Source: a virus
Direction: 5' to 3' (one strand)
Length of the DNA stretch: 64,000 nucleotides
IMG/VR virus record: IMGVR_UViG_3300009419_000013
Span: 10,138-74,137 of that record
Positions 18,483 to 27,576 of this stretch are shown piece by piece. The notes beneath the pieces are model-generated. The model did no database searches. It had not been told where the DNA came from and saw only the letters and a program-made list of their open reading frames with translations. The position numbers and the translations under genes are program-made. Every line of letters begins with the position of its first letter. The stretch's first letter is position 1.

Positions 18483-19448
18483 TTGAACTTAATAGATAAA
18501 TTTGGATCTGTTAGAATATTGATTATTGGTGACGTGATGCTAGATCATTATGTTCATGGTAGCGTTACTAGGATATCACCGGAGGCACCTGTACCTATAT
18601 TGGATGTAACTCGTTCCGAATATTATTTAGGTGGATCTGGTAATGTTCTACTGAACATAAAATCAATGGGTGGTAAGGCCGATATAATTACCATGACAGG
18701 GGAGGACATTCATGGCGATATGATCGATGAGCTAATATCTGAACATAGTAATAACTCATTCGTTCTAAAGGATAGGTTAAGAAAAACAACATTAAAATCG
18801 AGATACATTTCAGGATCCAATCAATTATTCAGAGTTGATGAGGAAAGCAAAGATTATCTGGATCCCTTATTGGAGGAGAAAATAATCTCAGTATTCAATG
18901 ATACATTTCTTAATTATGATTGTATATTGATAGAGGATTATAACAAAGGACTATTGACACCAGGTATAATAAAGAATGTGATATCCAGATGTAATTCTTC
19001 AGGAATTCCAGTTATAGTGGATCCTAAGATTTTTAATGTACCTAGCTACTCTGGATGCAAATTACTAAAACCTAATTTATACGAATTTTCCATAATGACA
19101 GGGTTAGATTGTTCAGATTTAGATCTTACTGAACTGGAGGTTCATGCTCGTCAATTTATATCCGATAATAATATTGATTCGATGCTAGTAACTTTATCTG
19201 ATAAAGGACTGATTTACGTAGATGTAAATGAATCTGTTTATGATCCAGGATACCCGATGGATGTTTATGATGTTTCCGGTGCTGGAGATACTGTTATCTC
19301 TATTTTAGCATTATGTATGGTAAGCAATATAGATATTAAAAAATCATTATCCATCTGTAATATAGCTGCATCCATAGCATGCTCGAAGTCCGGGATAGCT
19401 TCAGTTGGTATAAATGAAATTCTAAATTCCAAATTTTATACATTCTAA
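18483..19448 (+). CDS. rfaE: D-glycero-D-manno-heptose-7-phosphate kinase (RfaE/HldE domain I, PfkB family)
   Basis: GDVMLDHY.HG.V.RISPEAPVP, DYNKG, VDPK, KPN..E, DVSGAGDT. Confidence 0.88.
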   Translation: MNLIDKFGSVRILIIGDVMLDHYVHGSVTRISPEAPVPILDVTRSEYYLGGSGNVLLNIKSMGGKADIITMTGEDIHGDMIDELISEHSNNSFVLKDRLRKTTLKSRYISGSNQLFRVDEESKDYLDPLLEEKIISVFNDTFLNYDCILIEDYNKGLLTPGIIKNVISRCNSSGIPVIVDPKIFNVPSYSGCKLLKPNLYEFSIMTGLDCSDLDLTELEVHARQFISDNNIDSMLVTLSDKGLIYVDVNESVYDPGYPMDVYDVSGAGDTVISILALCMVSNIDIKKSLSICNIAASIACSKSGIASVGINEILNSKFYTF

Positions 19449-19480
19449 TTTTTTTACTCCGTATATTTTTTCTATATTTG
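19449..19480 (+). promoter_or_regulatory. Bacteroidota-type housekeeping (early) promoter
   Basis: TTTTTTTACTC..TATATTTG(TGA), nearly identical architecture to 5955-5986. Confidence 0.7.
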
Positions 19481-19496
19481 TGAAAAAATAAATAAG

Positions 19497-20828
19497 ATGA
19501 TAGAAGAAATTAGAATTTTTTGTAGCTTAGAAAAAATGACCGGAAACGGATCTCAAAAATCTAAGCAAGATCTCATAATGAAATCGATGAATGATAGGAT
19601 GGAATACATTCTCGATGTTTGCTTCAATCCATTCGTTACAACAAAACTACATAGGATAGGTTTTAATGATGAATTATCGGAACCTAATGAAAATCATTGG
19701 AATGATTTTAAAAGTCTCGTAGAAGACTTAAAAAAAGCCCCAGCTGCTAATGATCTATTAAGAGAAAGAGCGCAATCTCTTATATCAACTAAAATATCGG
19801 ATGATCCAGAGGAAGATCTTGAACTTAGAACAATATTGATGAAGATTGTTACTAAGAGAATGAATATTGGGATTGGTGCAAAGTTAATAAACAAAGCTGT
19901 TGGAAAGGAATTAATTCCTGATCCATCATTGATGTTAGCAACCGACGACGAGAAAGTGATGTCCTCATGGGATTCAGTTTATTGTGAGGAAAAATATGAT
20001 GGCGTTCGTGTTATAGCATTATATAAGAATGGTGAATTTTCATATTTTACTAGAGCATTCAACGAATTGGACTCTAGCTATTTTCCTAGAATAACATTTG
20101 CATTAAAAACTGCCATTATAAATAGTGGAATAATTGGTGATTGGTTTTTTGACGGTGAGCTAACAGATCTTAATAGAAAATCGGTTAGTGGCAAGGTTAC
20201 TCAGATACTTAGAGGAACTGCAAATAGTAATATTGAGGATGGATTTCTATTCAATGTTTTTGACTTCGAGGAGCACTCAACACTTTCTCATGGTTCTGGT
20301 GTAATTGATTATTTAACTAGAAGAGATACACTCGAAAGAATATTATCTTATGTTCCTGCCGATTCTCCTATAAAATTAGCACAATTATGGAAACTCGATT
20401 CCGTTGCGGACGTTACAAAAATCTATAAGGATATTGTAGCTCTCGGAGGCGAGGGAGTTATTTGTAAATCCAATTCTGTATATGAATGTAAAAGATCAAA
20501 AACTTGGATTAAAATAAAGGAAGTTAATGAATGCGATCTGGAGGTTTGTGGATGGTATCCTGGAGAGGGAAAAAGAGAGGGACTTATAGGTGGATTTATC
20601 TGTACTGATAAGTCAAAGACACTGAATGTCAAGGTAGGATCTGGATTTACCGATGAGGATTTAAAATTATTTAGTGTTGATCCTAATTCTTATATTGGAA
20701 AAATAATTGCTGTTCAATATAATGTTGTTATAACTGATAAGCATGATAATAGATCATTATTTCTTCCTAGATTGGTCGAAGTTAGATACGATAAAAATGA
20801 ATCCGATGATCTTTCCTCGAAATTTTAA
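19497..20828 (+). CDS. ATP-dependent DNA ligase
   Basis: EEKYDGVR, FDGEL, FNVFD, EGVICK, KRSKTWIKIK, VGSGF, LFLPR...R.DK. Confidence 0.95.
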   Translation: MIEEIRIFCSLEKMTGNGSQKSKQDLIMKSMNDRMEYILDVCFNPFVTTKLHRIGFNDELSEPNENHWNDFKSLVEDLKKAPAANDLLRERAQSLISTKISDDPEEDLELRTILMKIVTKRMNIGIGAKLINKAVGKELIPDPSLMLATDDEKVMSSWDSVYCEEKYDGVRVIALYKNGEFSYFTRAFNELDSSYFPRITFALKTAIINSGIIGDWFFDGELTDLNRKSVSGKVTQILRGTANSNIEDGFLFNVFDFEEHSTLSHGSGVIDYLTRRDTLERILSYVPADSPIKLAQLWKLDSVADVTKIYKDIVALGGEGVICKSNSVYECKRSKTWIKIKEVNECDLEVCGWYPGEGKREGLIGGFICTDKSKTLNVKVGSGFTDEDLKLFSVDPNSYIGKIIAVQYNVVITDKHDNRSLFLPRLVEVRYDKNESDDLSSKF

Positions 20829-20858
20829 GAAACAACTTACCTAATTAGCGATAAAAAT
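20829..20858 (+). promoter_or_regulatory. Putative middle promoter GAAAC-N18-TAAAAAT
   Basis: Fills the ligase to clamp-loader gap. Confidence 0.5.
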
Positions 20859-20861
20859 AGT

Positions 20862-21806
20862 ATGATAAAAGAATTATTGACAGAAAAACTTAGGCCTAAA
20901 GAGCTAAGACATATGATTCTGCCTTCTAGAATTTCTAAGATATTTGAGAATGGCCTTGGACATAATGTTTTATTAAGCGGGCCTCCTGGTTGCGGAAAAA
21001 CAACGCTAGCTAAAATACTGGCCTCGCCATATCCTAGCTTATTCATAAATGTTTCGGATGAAAGTTCAGTTGAAACTATTAGAGTTAAGATAACTGATTT
21101 TTGCTCAACCATCTCCGTGATGGATGGTAAATCTTCTAAGAAAATAGTAATATTGGATGAGTTTGATGGTGCATCCGATCAATTTTATAAAGCACTTAGA
21201 GGAACTATAGAAAAGTTTGCTACAAATACAAGATTTGTTGCTACTTGTAACTATATAAATAAGGTTCCTGATGCTATACAGAGTAGATTTGAAGTAATCG
21301 ATTTCAACCCGGTAACTACTGAGGAAGATGATGCTTTAAAAGGTGAATGGAGAAAGAGAGTCAATTTAATCTTAGGTAAACTTAATATAGCAATTGATGA
21401 TGAATCAATTCTTGAATTTCAAAAAAATTACTATCCGGACTTTAGATCTGCATTAAATAAAATACAGACATGGACTCTTGAGGGAGTTACTGTTGTAGAT
21501 TCTGCAAAGATAAAAGAATTTGGCTGGTCATACGAGGAACTATATTCTCTTATAGTTACTTCGAAGGATCCCGTTAAGAATTATCAGGCTATAGTTGGCG
21601 AATATCAGGGTAAGGTTGACGAAGTCATGTCAGCTTTAGGCGAGGAGTTTATCGATTGGATAATAAACAATAAACCAGATCTTATTAAGATAATTCCAGC
21701 TGTGGTAGTATTAGTTGCTGAGCACCAGGCTCAAAGAATACAGGTCATAGATCCTATGGTATCTCTTCTTTCGTTAGTATTCCAGATACAGAAATTAGTT
21801 GTGTAA
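20862..21806 (+). CDS. gp44: Clamp loader AAA+ subunit (T4 gp44 / RFC-like)
   Basis: EKLRP, GPPGCGKTT, ILDEFD, ALRGTIE, TCNY, IQSRF. Confidence 0.93.
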   Translation: MIKELLTEKLRPKELRHMILPSRISKIFENGLGHNVLLSGPPGCGKTTLAKILASPYPSLFINVSDESSVETIRVKITDFCSTISVMDGKSSKKIVILDEFDGASDQFYKALRGTIEKFATNTRFVATCNYINKVPDAIQSRFEVIDFNPVTTEEDDALKGEWRKRVNLILGKLNIAIDDESILEFQKNYYPDFRSALNKIQTWTLEGVTVVDSAKIKEFGWSYEELYSLIVTSKDPVKNYQAIVGEYQGKVDEVMSALGEEFIDWIINNKPDLIKIIPAVVVLVAEHQAQRIQVIDPMVSLLSLVFQIQKLVV

Positions 21807-22352
21807 ATGGAAAGGAAAAGAGTTATATTGGTCGGTAAAGGAGGATCGGGTAAGGATCATGCTAGAAAAGTACTTGAAGATATCGGGTTTAGGTATTGTG
21901 TATCACATACTACCAGACCTCCGAGAATAGGTGAGATAGAAGGCAAGGATTATTATTACATAAGCAGAGACTCAGCATCGCATCATTATATAGCAAAAGA
22001 TCTATTCTATGAATATGTTATATTTAACGGATGGGTTTACGGAACATCCAGGGAAGAATTTGAAATTGCGGATCTTTTTATAATGACTCCTTCCGGGATA
22101 TCTAAAATAAAACCTGAGGACAGAGATGAATCATTTATAATCTACTTCGATATTCAGGAGGATGTAAGAAAGGAAAGATTGTCTGAGAGAAGAGATGCTG
22201 ATGATGTCACAAGGAGATTAGCTGCAGACGATTCGGATTTTTCTGAGTTTAAAGATTTCGATTTTAGAGTTATAGATCCATTGTTTGACATAAAATCAAT
22301 TTGGGCGAAAATAAAGATGGAACATTCCATCAAAATAAAGGATAAATTATGA
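21807..22352 (+). CDS. gmk: Guanylate kinase-like
   Basis: GKGGSGK, VSHTTRPPR.GE.EGKDYYY, YGTS. Confidence 0.88.
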   Translation: MERKRVILVGKGGSGKDHARKVLEDIGFRYCVSHTTRPPRIGEIEGKDYYYISRDSASHHYIAKDLFYEYVIFNGWVYGTSREEFEIADLFIMTPSGISKIKPEDRDESFIIYFDIQEDVRKERLSERRDADDVTRRLAADDSDFSEFKDFDFRVIDPLFDIKSIWAKIKMEHSIKIKDKL

Positions 22353-23488
22353 TTAATATACTGGTTGATGGAAATTACATATTCCATAAGACTTTCGGAG
22401 TTTTCGGAGGATACGGGAAAGCCGATCCCGGTAAGATATTAAAATCTAAAAGTGAACAGGGAGCTTTTATTAGAAAAGTTTCTACTGATCTATGCTCATC
22501 ACTTAAGCTTTTACCAACTGGGGGAAGAATGATATTTACCACTGATAGCAGAAGCTGGAGAAAGGATGTTGAGATAGAGGATGGTGGATATAAATCAGGT
22601 AGAGTCAGAGATGATGAAACTGATTGGACCATATTTTTTGAACTTATGAAATCATTTGGCGACCATATGGAAAAAATGGGATTTATTTTTTCCAGAGTTG
22701 ATGGTGCGGAGGGCGATGACCTCCTGATGTATTGGAGTAATTATTTCAACAGTAACGGTGAAAATTGTATTATCATAACTGGTGATAAAGATTTACATCA
22801 GCTATCTAGAAATACCGACAACTCATGGACAGCAGTTTGGAACAATAATTCTAAAAAAAATGTTCTATCAGTTCCCCAGGGATGGAAAGAATCTTGGTTA
22901 AATAAGGATGAGAGTGTCAGCATATTTAATATGGCTTCCGCAATTTCACCTGAGAAGGAATCTTTTAAGGTTTTTCTAAAAAAAGTTGAGATAGAGGAAA
23001 TCGATAGTGACTTCTTCATATTAAATAAAGTGTTGGTTGGTGATAAGGGCGATTCGGTGCCTAGTGTTTGGGAGACTGTTAACGGCACAAGAACTATGGG
23101 ATTTACACCTAAGAAAGCTGAATCGGTCCATGAGGCATTCAAATTATCTGAATGGAAATCCTTGGATTTTAAACAGATGCTAGATTCTCCAGATTTCCTG
23201 AATTGGTTAGCTGGGATGGTTTTAAGATCATCAAAATCTGTTGACAGCTCAGATAATAGAAAAAAAGTAAAAGCAAACATTGAAAGAAACTTTAAACTTA
23301 TGTGGCTTAATCAGTTAATGATACCTGATTTTGTTGCTTCTGGTTGTAATTTGGAAATAGAAAGAGGTGTTTCACTACTTAGAAAACCTATAACACTGGA
23401 TAGAATAAAGATATTGGAGGGAACCGAATGGGTCACGTCTGGTTATCAACCTAAGGGATTTGATCCGTTTGAACATATACTAGACTAA
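22349..23488 (+). CDS. rnh: 5'-3' exonuclease / RNase H (T4 rnh-like)
   Basis: LVDGN, SWRK, YK..R, EGDD, TGDKDLHQL, GDKGDSVP. Confidence 0.88.
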   Translation: MINILVDGNYIFHKTFGVFGGYGKADPGKILKSKSEQGAFIRKVSTDLCSSLKLLPTGGRMIFTTDSRSWRKDVEIEDGGYKSGRVRDDETDWTIFFELMKSFGDHMEKMGFIFSRVDGAEGDDLLMYWSNYFNSNGENCIIITGDKDLHQLSRNTDNSWTAVWNNNSKKNVLSVPQGWKESWLNKDESVSIFNMASAISPEKESFKVFLKKVEIEEIDSDFFILNKVLVGDKGDSVPSVWETVNGTRTMGFTPKKAESVHEAFKLSEWKSLDFKQMLDSPDFLNWLAGMVLRSSKSVDSSDNRKKVKANIERNFKLMWLNQLMIPDFVASGCNLEIERGVSLLRKPITLDRIKILEGTEWVTSGYQPKGFDPFEHILD

Positions 23489-23490
23489 CT

Positions 23491-23913
23491 ATGCAGCTTT
23501 TTGACATAATAAAAAATATATTTTCCACTAACAATAAAACGTGGAACCAGGTAGGAAGAATAGATAAATCCAGAAATTTTTTCATGATTAATAGGATTAT
23601 GGCTATTCAATTTCCGGTACAAGCAAACCAATTTAATAGGATGCGTATAGTACCTGGTCCGGTAGTAGACTGGTGGAGAAATACATTATCTGGCAGATAT
23701 TCAAAGCCACCTAATTGGATATACACAAAAACGAAAAAGACCTCGGTCGAAGATAAAACGAAGGAATCTAAGAATTTTGACCAGGTGGAGATCTTTATAA
23801 GAGAAAAATATTCAGTTTCAAAAAGGGAACTTTCCGATATAAAAAGATTTTATCCTGATAGATATAATAAATGGATATCCGATGTTGCAGATCAGCTAGG
23901 TATTCAAAAATAA
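23491..23913 (+). CDS. Clamp loader small subunit (T4 gp62-like)
   Basis: LFDIIK, FMINR.MA..ANQFN, W.YTK.KK, I.EKY.VS pattern; near gp44. Confidence 0.55.
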   Translation: MQLFDIIKNIFSTNNKTWNQVGRIDKSRNFFMINRIMAIQFPVQANQFNRMRIVPGPVVDWWRNTLSGRYSKPPNWIYTKTKKTSVEDKTKESKNFDQVEIFIREKYSVSKRELSDIKRFYPDRYNKWISDVADQLGIQK

Positions 23914-23925
23914 GATATATAATAA

Positions 23926-24462
23926 ATGAAGGGTAAAAATAGTAAGTTAATAGACAAAGTTATTTTAAGTCTGGACTGGGATACAATTTTTGAGGTTAAT
24001 AAATGCTTTAAAATAGGTGTCGGTGAGGGGATTTCAGGAATTCCTGGACTTAAAAGAAAACCCTTCCTAACCGGGGTAACTAAAAATGATATAAAAAACG
24101 AGCTTAAAAATTTACTTAAGCACGTAATCGAGAATGATATATCTGAATTTATATACAGCCACTGGATGATTTTTTGGAACAATGCTGAATGGTCACTAGA
24201 GGAACTAAATAAGATAAAAGATGATATGGACGATTCTGAAGATTATTATGATGATCATCTGGTAATAGATTCAACTCTAGAGGTTATATATTCACCTCAG
24301 AGGGTGTTAGCTATGGAACCAGTTTCTATAACTAGTATATCAGGTGAAGATTCTGATGAAACTAAGTTGGAAGAAATGCTAAAAAAAGCTCTGGAAAACG
24401 AACACTATGAATTAGCTTCGAAAATTAGAGATGTGCTGAAGATACAGAAAAACCAGCAATGA
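23926..24462 (+). CDS. Hypothetical protein with C-terminal UVR (UvrB/C) motif
   Basis: LEEMLKKALENEHYELASKIRDVL; GATATATA at 23914. Confidence 0.7.
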   Translation: MKGKNSKLIDKVILSLDWDTIFEVNKCFKIGVGEGISGIPGLKRKPFLTGVTKNDIKNELKNLLKHVIENDISEFIYSHWMIFWNNAEWSLEELNKIKDDMDDSEDYYDDHLVIDSTLEVIYSPQRVLAMEPVSITSISGEDSDETKLEEMLKKALENEHYELASKIRDVLKIQKNQQ

Positions 24463-24480
24463 TAAAGGATACATACTTTG

Positions 24481-24963
24481 ATGAAACACTTAAAATCTAT
24501 ATATGAATTTGATTCTGCCTTTGGTGATAGCTATGGGTATGGAGGTGCTAATGGGGTTCTTAAAATAAACTATAAGCCATTTAGCGATTTATCGGTATCT
24601 GTAGGACAAGATCCTAATATCGAGACAACAGTGAAAGGCTCACAATTTACCATAGGTGATATAGTTATTGCTAGTCCCATAGATTCTGATTCGAAAAAGA
24701 AAGTAATTGGTGTTATAGTTAGATCATTTAGAAACCCAGATAATAAACAATATAGATATTTTATACAAGTTTATAACAAGGGTAAAGAAACTGAAAGAGT
24801 AATAGAGGTAAAATCTGATTCTATAAAATTTGCTCCAGGCGGAGAACATGGAAACATGGAAACTGTATCTAAAATGAAAGCAAGCGATGTTCCTGCTTCA
24901 GCATACAATTCAAAAACGGTATACAGTGCGAGCGAACTTGGACTTGAAACTACCGGGGGCTAA
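24481..24963 (+). CDS. Hypothetical protein, possible head-packaged SH3/KOW-like
   Basis: MKHLKSIYEF N-terminus; FTIGDIV..G.IV; GATACATA at 24468. Confidence 0.6.
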   Translation: MKHLKSIYEFDSAFGDSYGYGGANGVLKINYKPFSDLSVSVGQDPNIETTVKGSQFTIGDIVIASPIDSDSKKKVIGVIVRSFRNPDNKQYRYFIQVYNKGKETERVIEVKSDSIKFAPGGEHGNMETVSKMKASDVPASAYNSKTVYSASELGLETTGG

Positions 24964-24992
24964 GAAACCAAAACGACTTTATACGGTACAAT
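24964..24992 (+). promoter_or_regulatory. Putative middle promoter GAAAC-N18-TACAAT
   Basis: Intergenic, upstream of the UvsE-like gene. Confidence 0.55.
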
Positions 24993-25004
24993 AATAAAAA
25001 GATT

Positions 25005-25904
25005 ATGGTATCAGGAAGCAATCCAAATATTTCATATTTAGGTTTACCTAAGGCTCTAGCACTAGGAAGTTTTTATATAAGATCCCACGAGGAAATATTA
25101 ACACTTATATTAGACCTTGCAAATACAAACCTTTCAATAGGATCCAATATGATTTGCTTAGATCTTAATGAAATGGATTTTCATGAGGATTTTTTTAATA
25201 TAGTTAGTGATGAGGAAGATCCCAAATTATCATCTATAATAGATTCCATAAATTTAATATTAAACAAAAATTCAATTAGAGTATCATTCTTTATAGGAAA
25301 GGAATACTTTATGGGTAGCCAATTGGAGGGTGTTAAGGAATCAACGGTAAGAGTGATAAATTCAATCTCCGCCCTACTGGACTTAATTGGTGTGGATTAT
25401 CCTTCGATAATAATTAGGGTTGGATCAGCTTACGGTAATAGAAAGCAAACGATGTCCAATTTCTGTAGCCGAATAAAATTATTAGACAAAAATGCGGTAG
25501 ATAAATTATGTGTTACTAATGACGAAAAACCAAGTCTATTTTCTGTGACAGATTTACTTACTGGAATATATTACGAAACTAAAATACCCATATGTTTTAG
25601 AACATTGGCTCATCATTTTAATAACGGTGGATTAAGTATAAGAGAAGCAATGTTTTTGAGTTCGTCCACCTGGAAGAATGAACATATACCATTTTTTATA
25701 CATTCAGAATCATCGGATGTCAATGATGATGGAATCTCCCTTTCACCTAATCCTTCAGCGTATTTAAAAAATAGAATACCAACTTTTGGTCTTTCGTGTG
25801 ATATTATAATAGAATCTCCTGAGAGGGAAAATAGTTATATTCATTATATTAAAAATCAAAAATCCTTACCACCTGTTGTAATTAATAAAATATCCGGTAA
25901 ATAA
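25005..25904 (+). CDS. UV-damage endonuclease (UvsE)-like, degenerate active site
   Basis: I.VGSAYG, L.V.NDEKPSLFSV.DL, IPI.F...HH.FN.GGL, TW....P..HSES. Confidence 0.7.
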   Translation: MVSGSNPNISYLGLPKALALGSFYIRSHEEILTLILDLANTNLSIGSNMICLDLNEMDFHEDFFNIVSDEEDPKLSSIIDSINLILNKNSIRVSFFIGKEYFMGSQLEGVKESTVRVINSISALLDLIGVDYPSIIIRVGSAYGNRKQTMSNFCSRIKLLDKNAVDKLCVTNDEKPSLFSVTDLLTGIYYETKIPICFRTLAHHFNNGGLSIREAMFLSSSTWKNEHIPFFIHSESSDVNDDGISLSPNPSAYLKNRIPTFGLSCDIIIESPERENSYIHYIKNQKSLPPVVINKISGK

Positions 25905-25954
25905 TTTTTTTATATCGGAATAATAAATTAAATTTACAGCTTAATATAAATAAG

Positions 25955-26656
25955 ATGCTAAGAAAAGAAGCAATACAAAATCTACTATATTTCGATGTTG
26001 AAACTGCAGCATTGTATCCAACTTTGGAAACAATGTATAAAGAAAATTACCGATTATATCATCTCTGGATGAAGAGGGAGGAATATTATAGGGGTGCTTA
26101 TCCAGCTTTAGCTGACATGGATTCATTATCAATATACAAACAAAAGGCTGGACTTGAGCCTGAATTTTCAAGAGTTGTTTGTGTTTCGTTTGGTACTTTT
26201 ACCGAGGACGGTGACCAAAAATATGTTTCTTTTTCTGGTAATGATGAAAAGGAAATATTAAATAAAGCAAATAAGGTATTTAATAATGCCATGGCTAAAG
26301 GATGGAAACTTTGTGGCCATAATATAAAAGGATTTGATGTTCCTTGCTTAGGTAAGAGAATGATTTATAATGGTATAAATCCTTCTGGTAACCTTCAAAT
26401 ATGGGATAAGAAACCATGGGAGGTTCCTTATATGGATACTTCCGATATATTTGCATTTGGTAGTTGGATGCATCAGAAATACTTAAGTCTTGATTTATTA
26501 ACATGCTCTTTGGACATAGATTCGCCAAAGGATGATATGGACGGATCTAAGGTTAATGATGTTTTCTGGATCGATAAGGATTTTGAAAAAATAGAATTGT
26601 ATTGTGAATCCGACGTTAGAGCTGTAATGACAGTAATGGAAAAAATTTGTTTCTAA
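25955..26656 (+). CDS. 3'-5' exonuclease, PolB/DnaQ-like stand-alone
   Basis: Exo I YFDVET, Exo II GHNIKGFDVP, Exo III YCESDV. Confidence 0.88.
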   Translation: MLRKEAIQNLLYFDVETAALYPTLETMYKENYRLYHLWMKREEYYRGAYPALADMDSLSIYKQKAGLEPEFSRVVCVSFGTFTEDGDQKYVSFSGNDEKEILNKANKVFNNAMAKGWKLCGHNIKGFDVPCLGKRMIYNGINPSGNLQIWDKKPWEVPYMDTSDIFAFGSWMHQKYLSLDLLTCSLDIDSPKDDMDGSKVNDVFWIDKDFEKIELYCESDVRAVMTVMEKICF

Positions 26657-26716
26657 ATTGACGATAATTAAAAATAATAAGCTTACATAATATAATATAA
26701 AATAGCTAATACATTT

Positions 26717-26752
26717 AAAAGCTTTCCTTGATATATAGAGGAAAGCTTTTTT
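26717..26752 (+). terminator. Hairpin terminator with the late-promoter box in its loop
   Basis: aaaagctttcct-tGATATATAg-aggaaagctttt-tt. Confidence 0.7.
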
Positions 26753-26753
26753 C

Positions 26754-27569
26754 GTGAATACAGTATTAGATTTTAATGATTTTTTAAATAATAATGAGAT
26801 TACTCTTAACGAAAGAGAGAGTAGTCCATATTACCATGACGTTTTAAATCCAGTTTTCTGGACACAAGGAAAAACAAAATCTGGTGAGACCCCTTGGGTT
26901 TTTGATCAGAGAGTTAGAAGAAAACTTATTAGAATAGCTGAAGATTTTTATACAAAATTTGAAGACATTCTGGGTGATAGAGCAATAAGAGATATCCAAC
27001 TAACCGGATCATTAGCAAATTTTAACTATACAGATTTTTCTGATCTTGATGTTCATGTTCTTATTAACATGGATGGCATAGATGACGATAATCCAAAAAT
27101 ATTAAAATCCGCAATCGACGGTATTAAATTTGTATGGAATCTTAGACATAACATAACAATAAGAGGTTATGACGTTGAACTATACCTGCAAGACCAACAT
27201 GAGCCACATACTGCATCCGCATTATTTTCATTAAAAAATAATGATTGGATAAGAAAACCAGTTTATAATTTTCCGGAGATTGATGATATGGATGTGGAAA
27301 AAAAGTATTCTGCTATAGCTTCAGATATAGAGGAACTGCAGACAAGACTTATAACCACCGATATCTTACCATCAAATGCTAAAACATTATATAGCAGAGC
27401 ATCTAAATTAAAATCAAAAATCCAAAAAATGAGAAAAGAGGAGCTTGCTAAAGGTGGTGAAATGGCAATAGGAAATCTTGTTTTTAAAAAGCTTAGAAAT
27501 TCTGGATATATAGAGAAATTAATAGATTTGATCTCCAAATCTTATGATAAAATTTACACTGAAAAATAA
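26754..27569 (+). CDS. Pol-beta superfamily nucleotidyltransferase
   Basis: LTGSLAN.NYT..SDLDVHV and VELY (third acidic residue); GTG start. Confidence 0.8.
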   Translation: MNTVLDFNDFLNNNEITLNERESSPYYHDVLNPVFWTQGKTKSGETPWVFDQRVRRKLIRIAEDFYTKFEDILGDRAIRDIQLTGSLANFNYTDFSDLDVHVLINMDGIDDDNPKILKSAIDGIKFVWNLRHNITIRGYDVELYLQDQHEPHTASALFSLKNNDWIRKPVYNFPEIDDMDVEKKYSAIASDIEELQTRLITTDILPSNAKTLYSRASKLKSKIQKMRKEELAKGGEMAIGNLVFKKLRNSGYIEKLIDLISKSYDKIYTEK

Positions 27570-27576
27570 TTAGATT

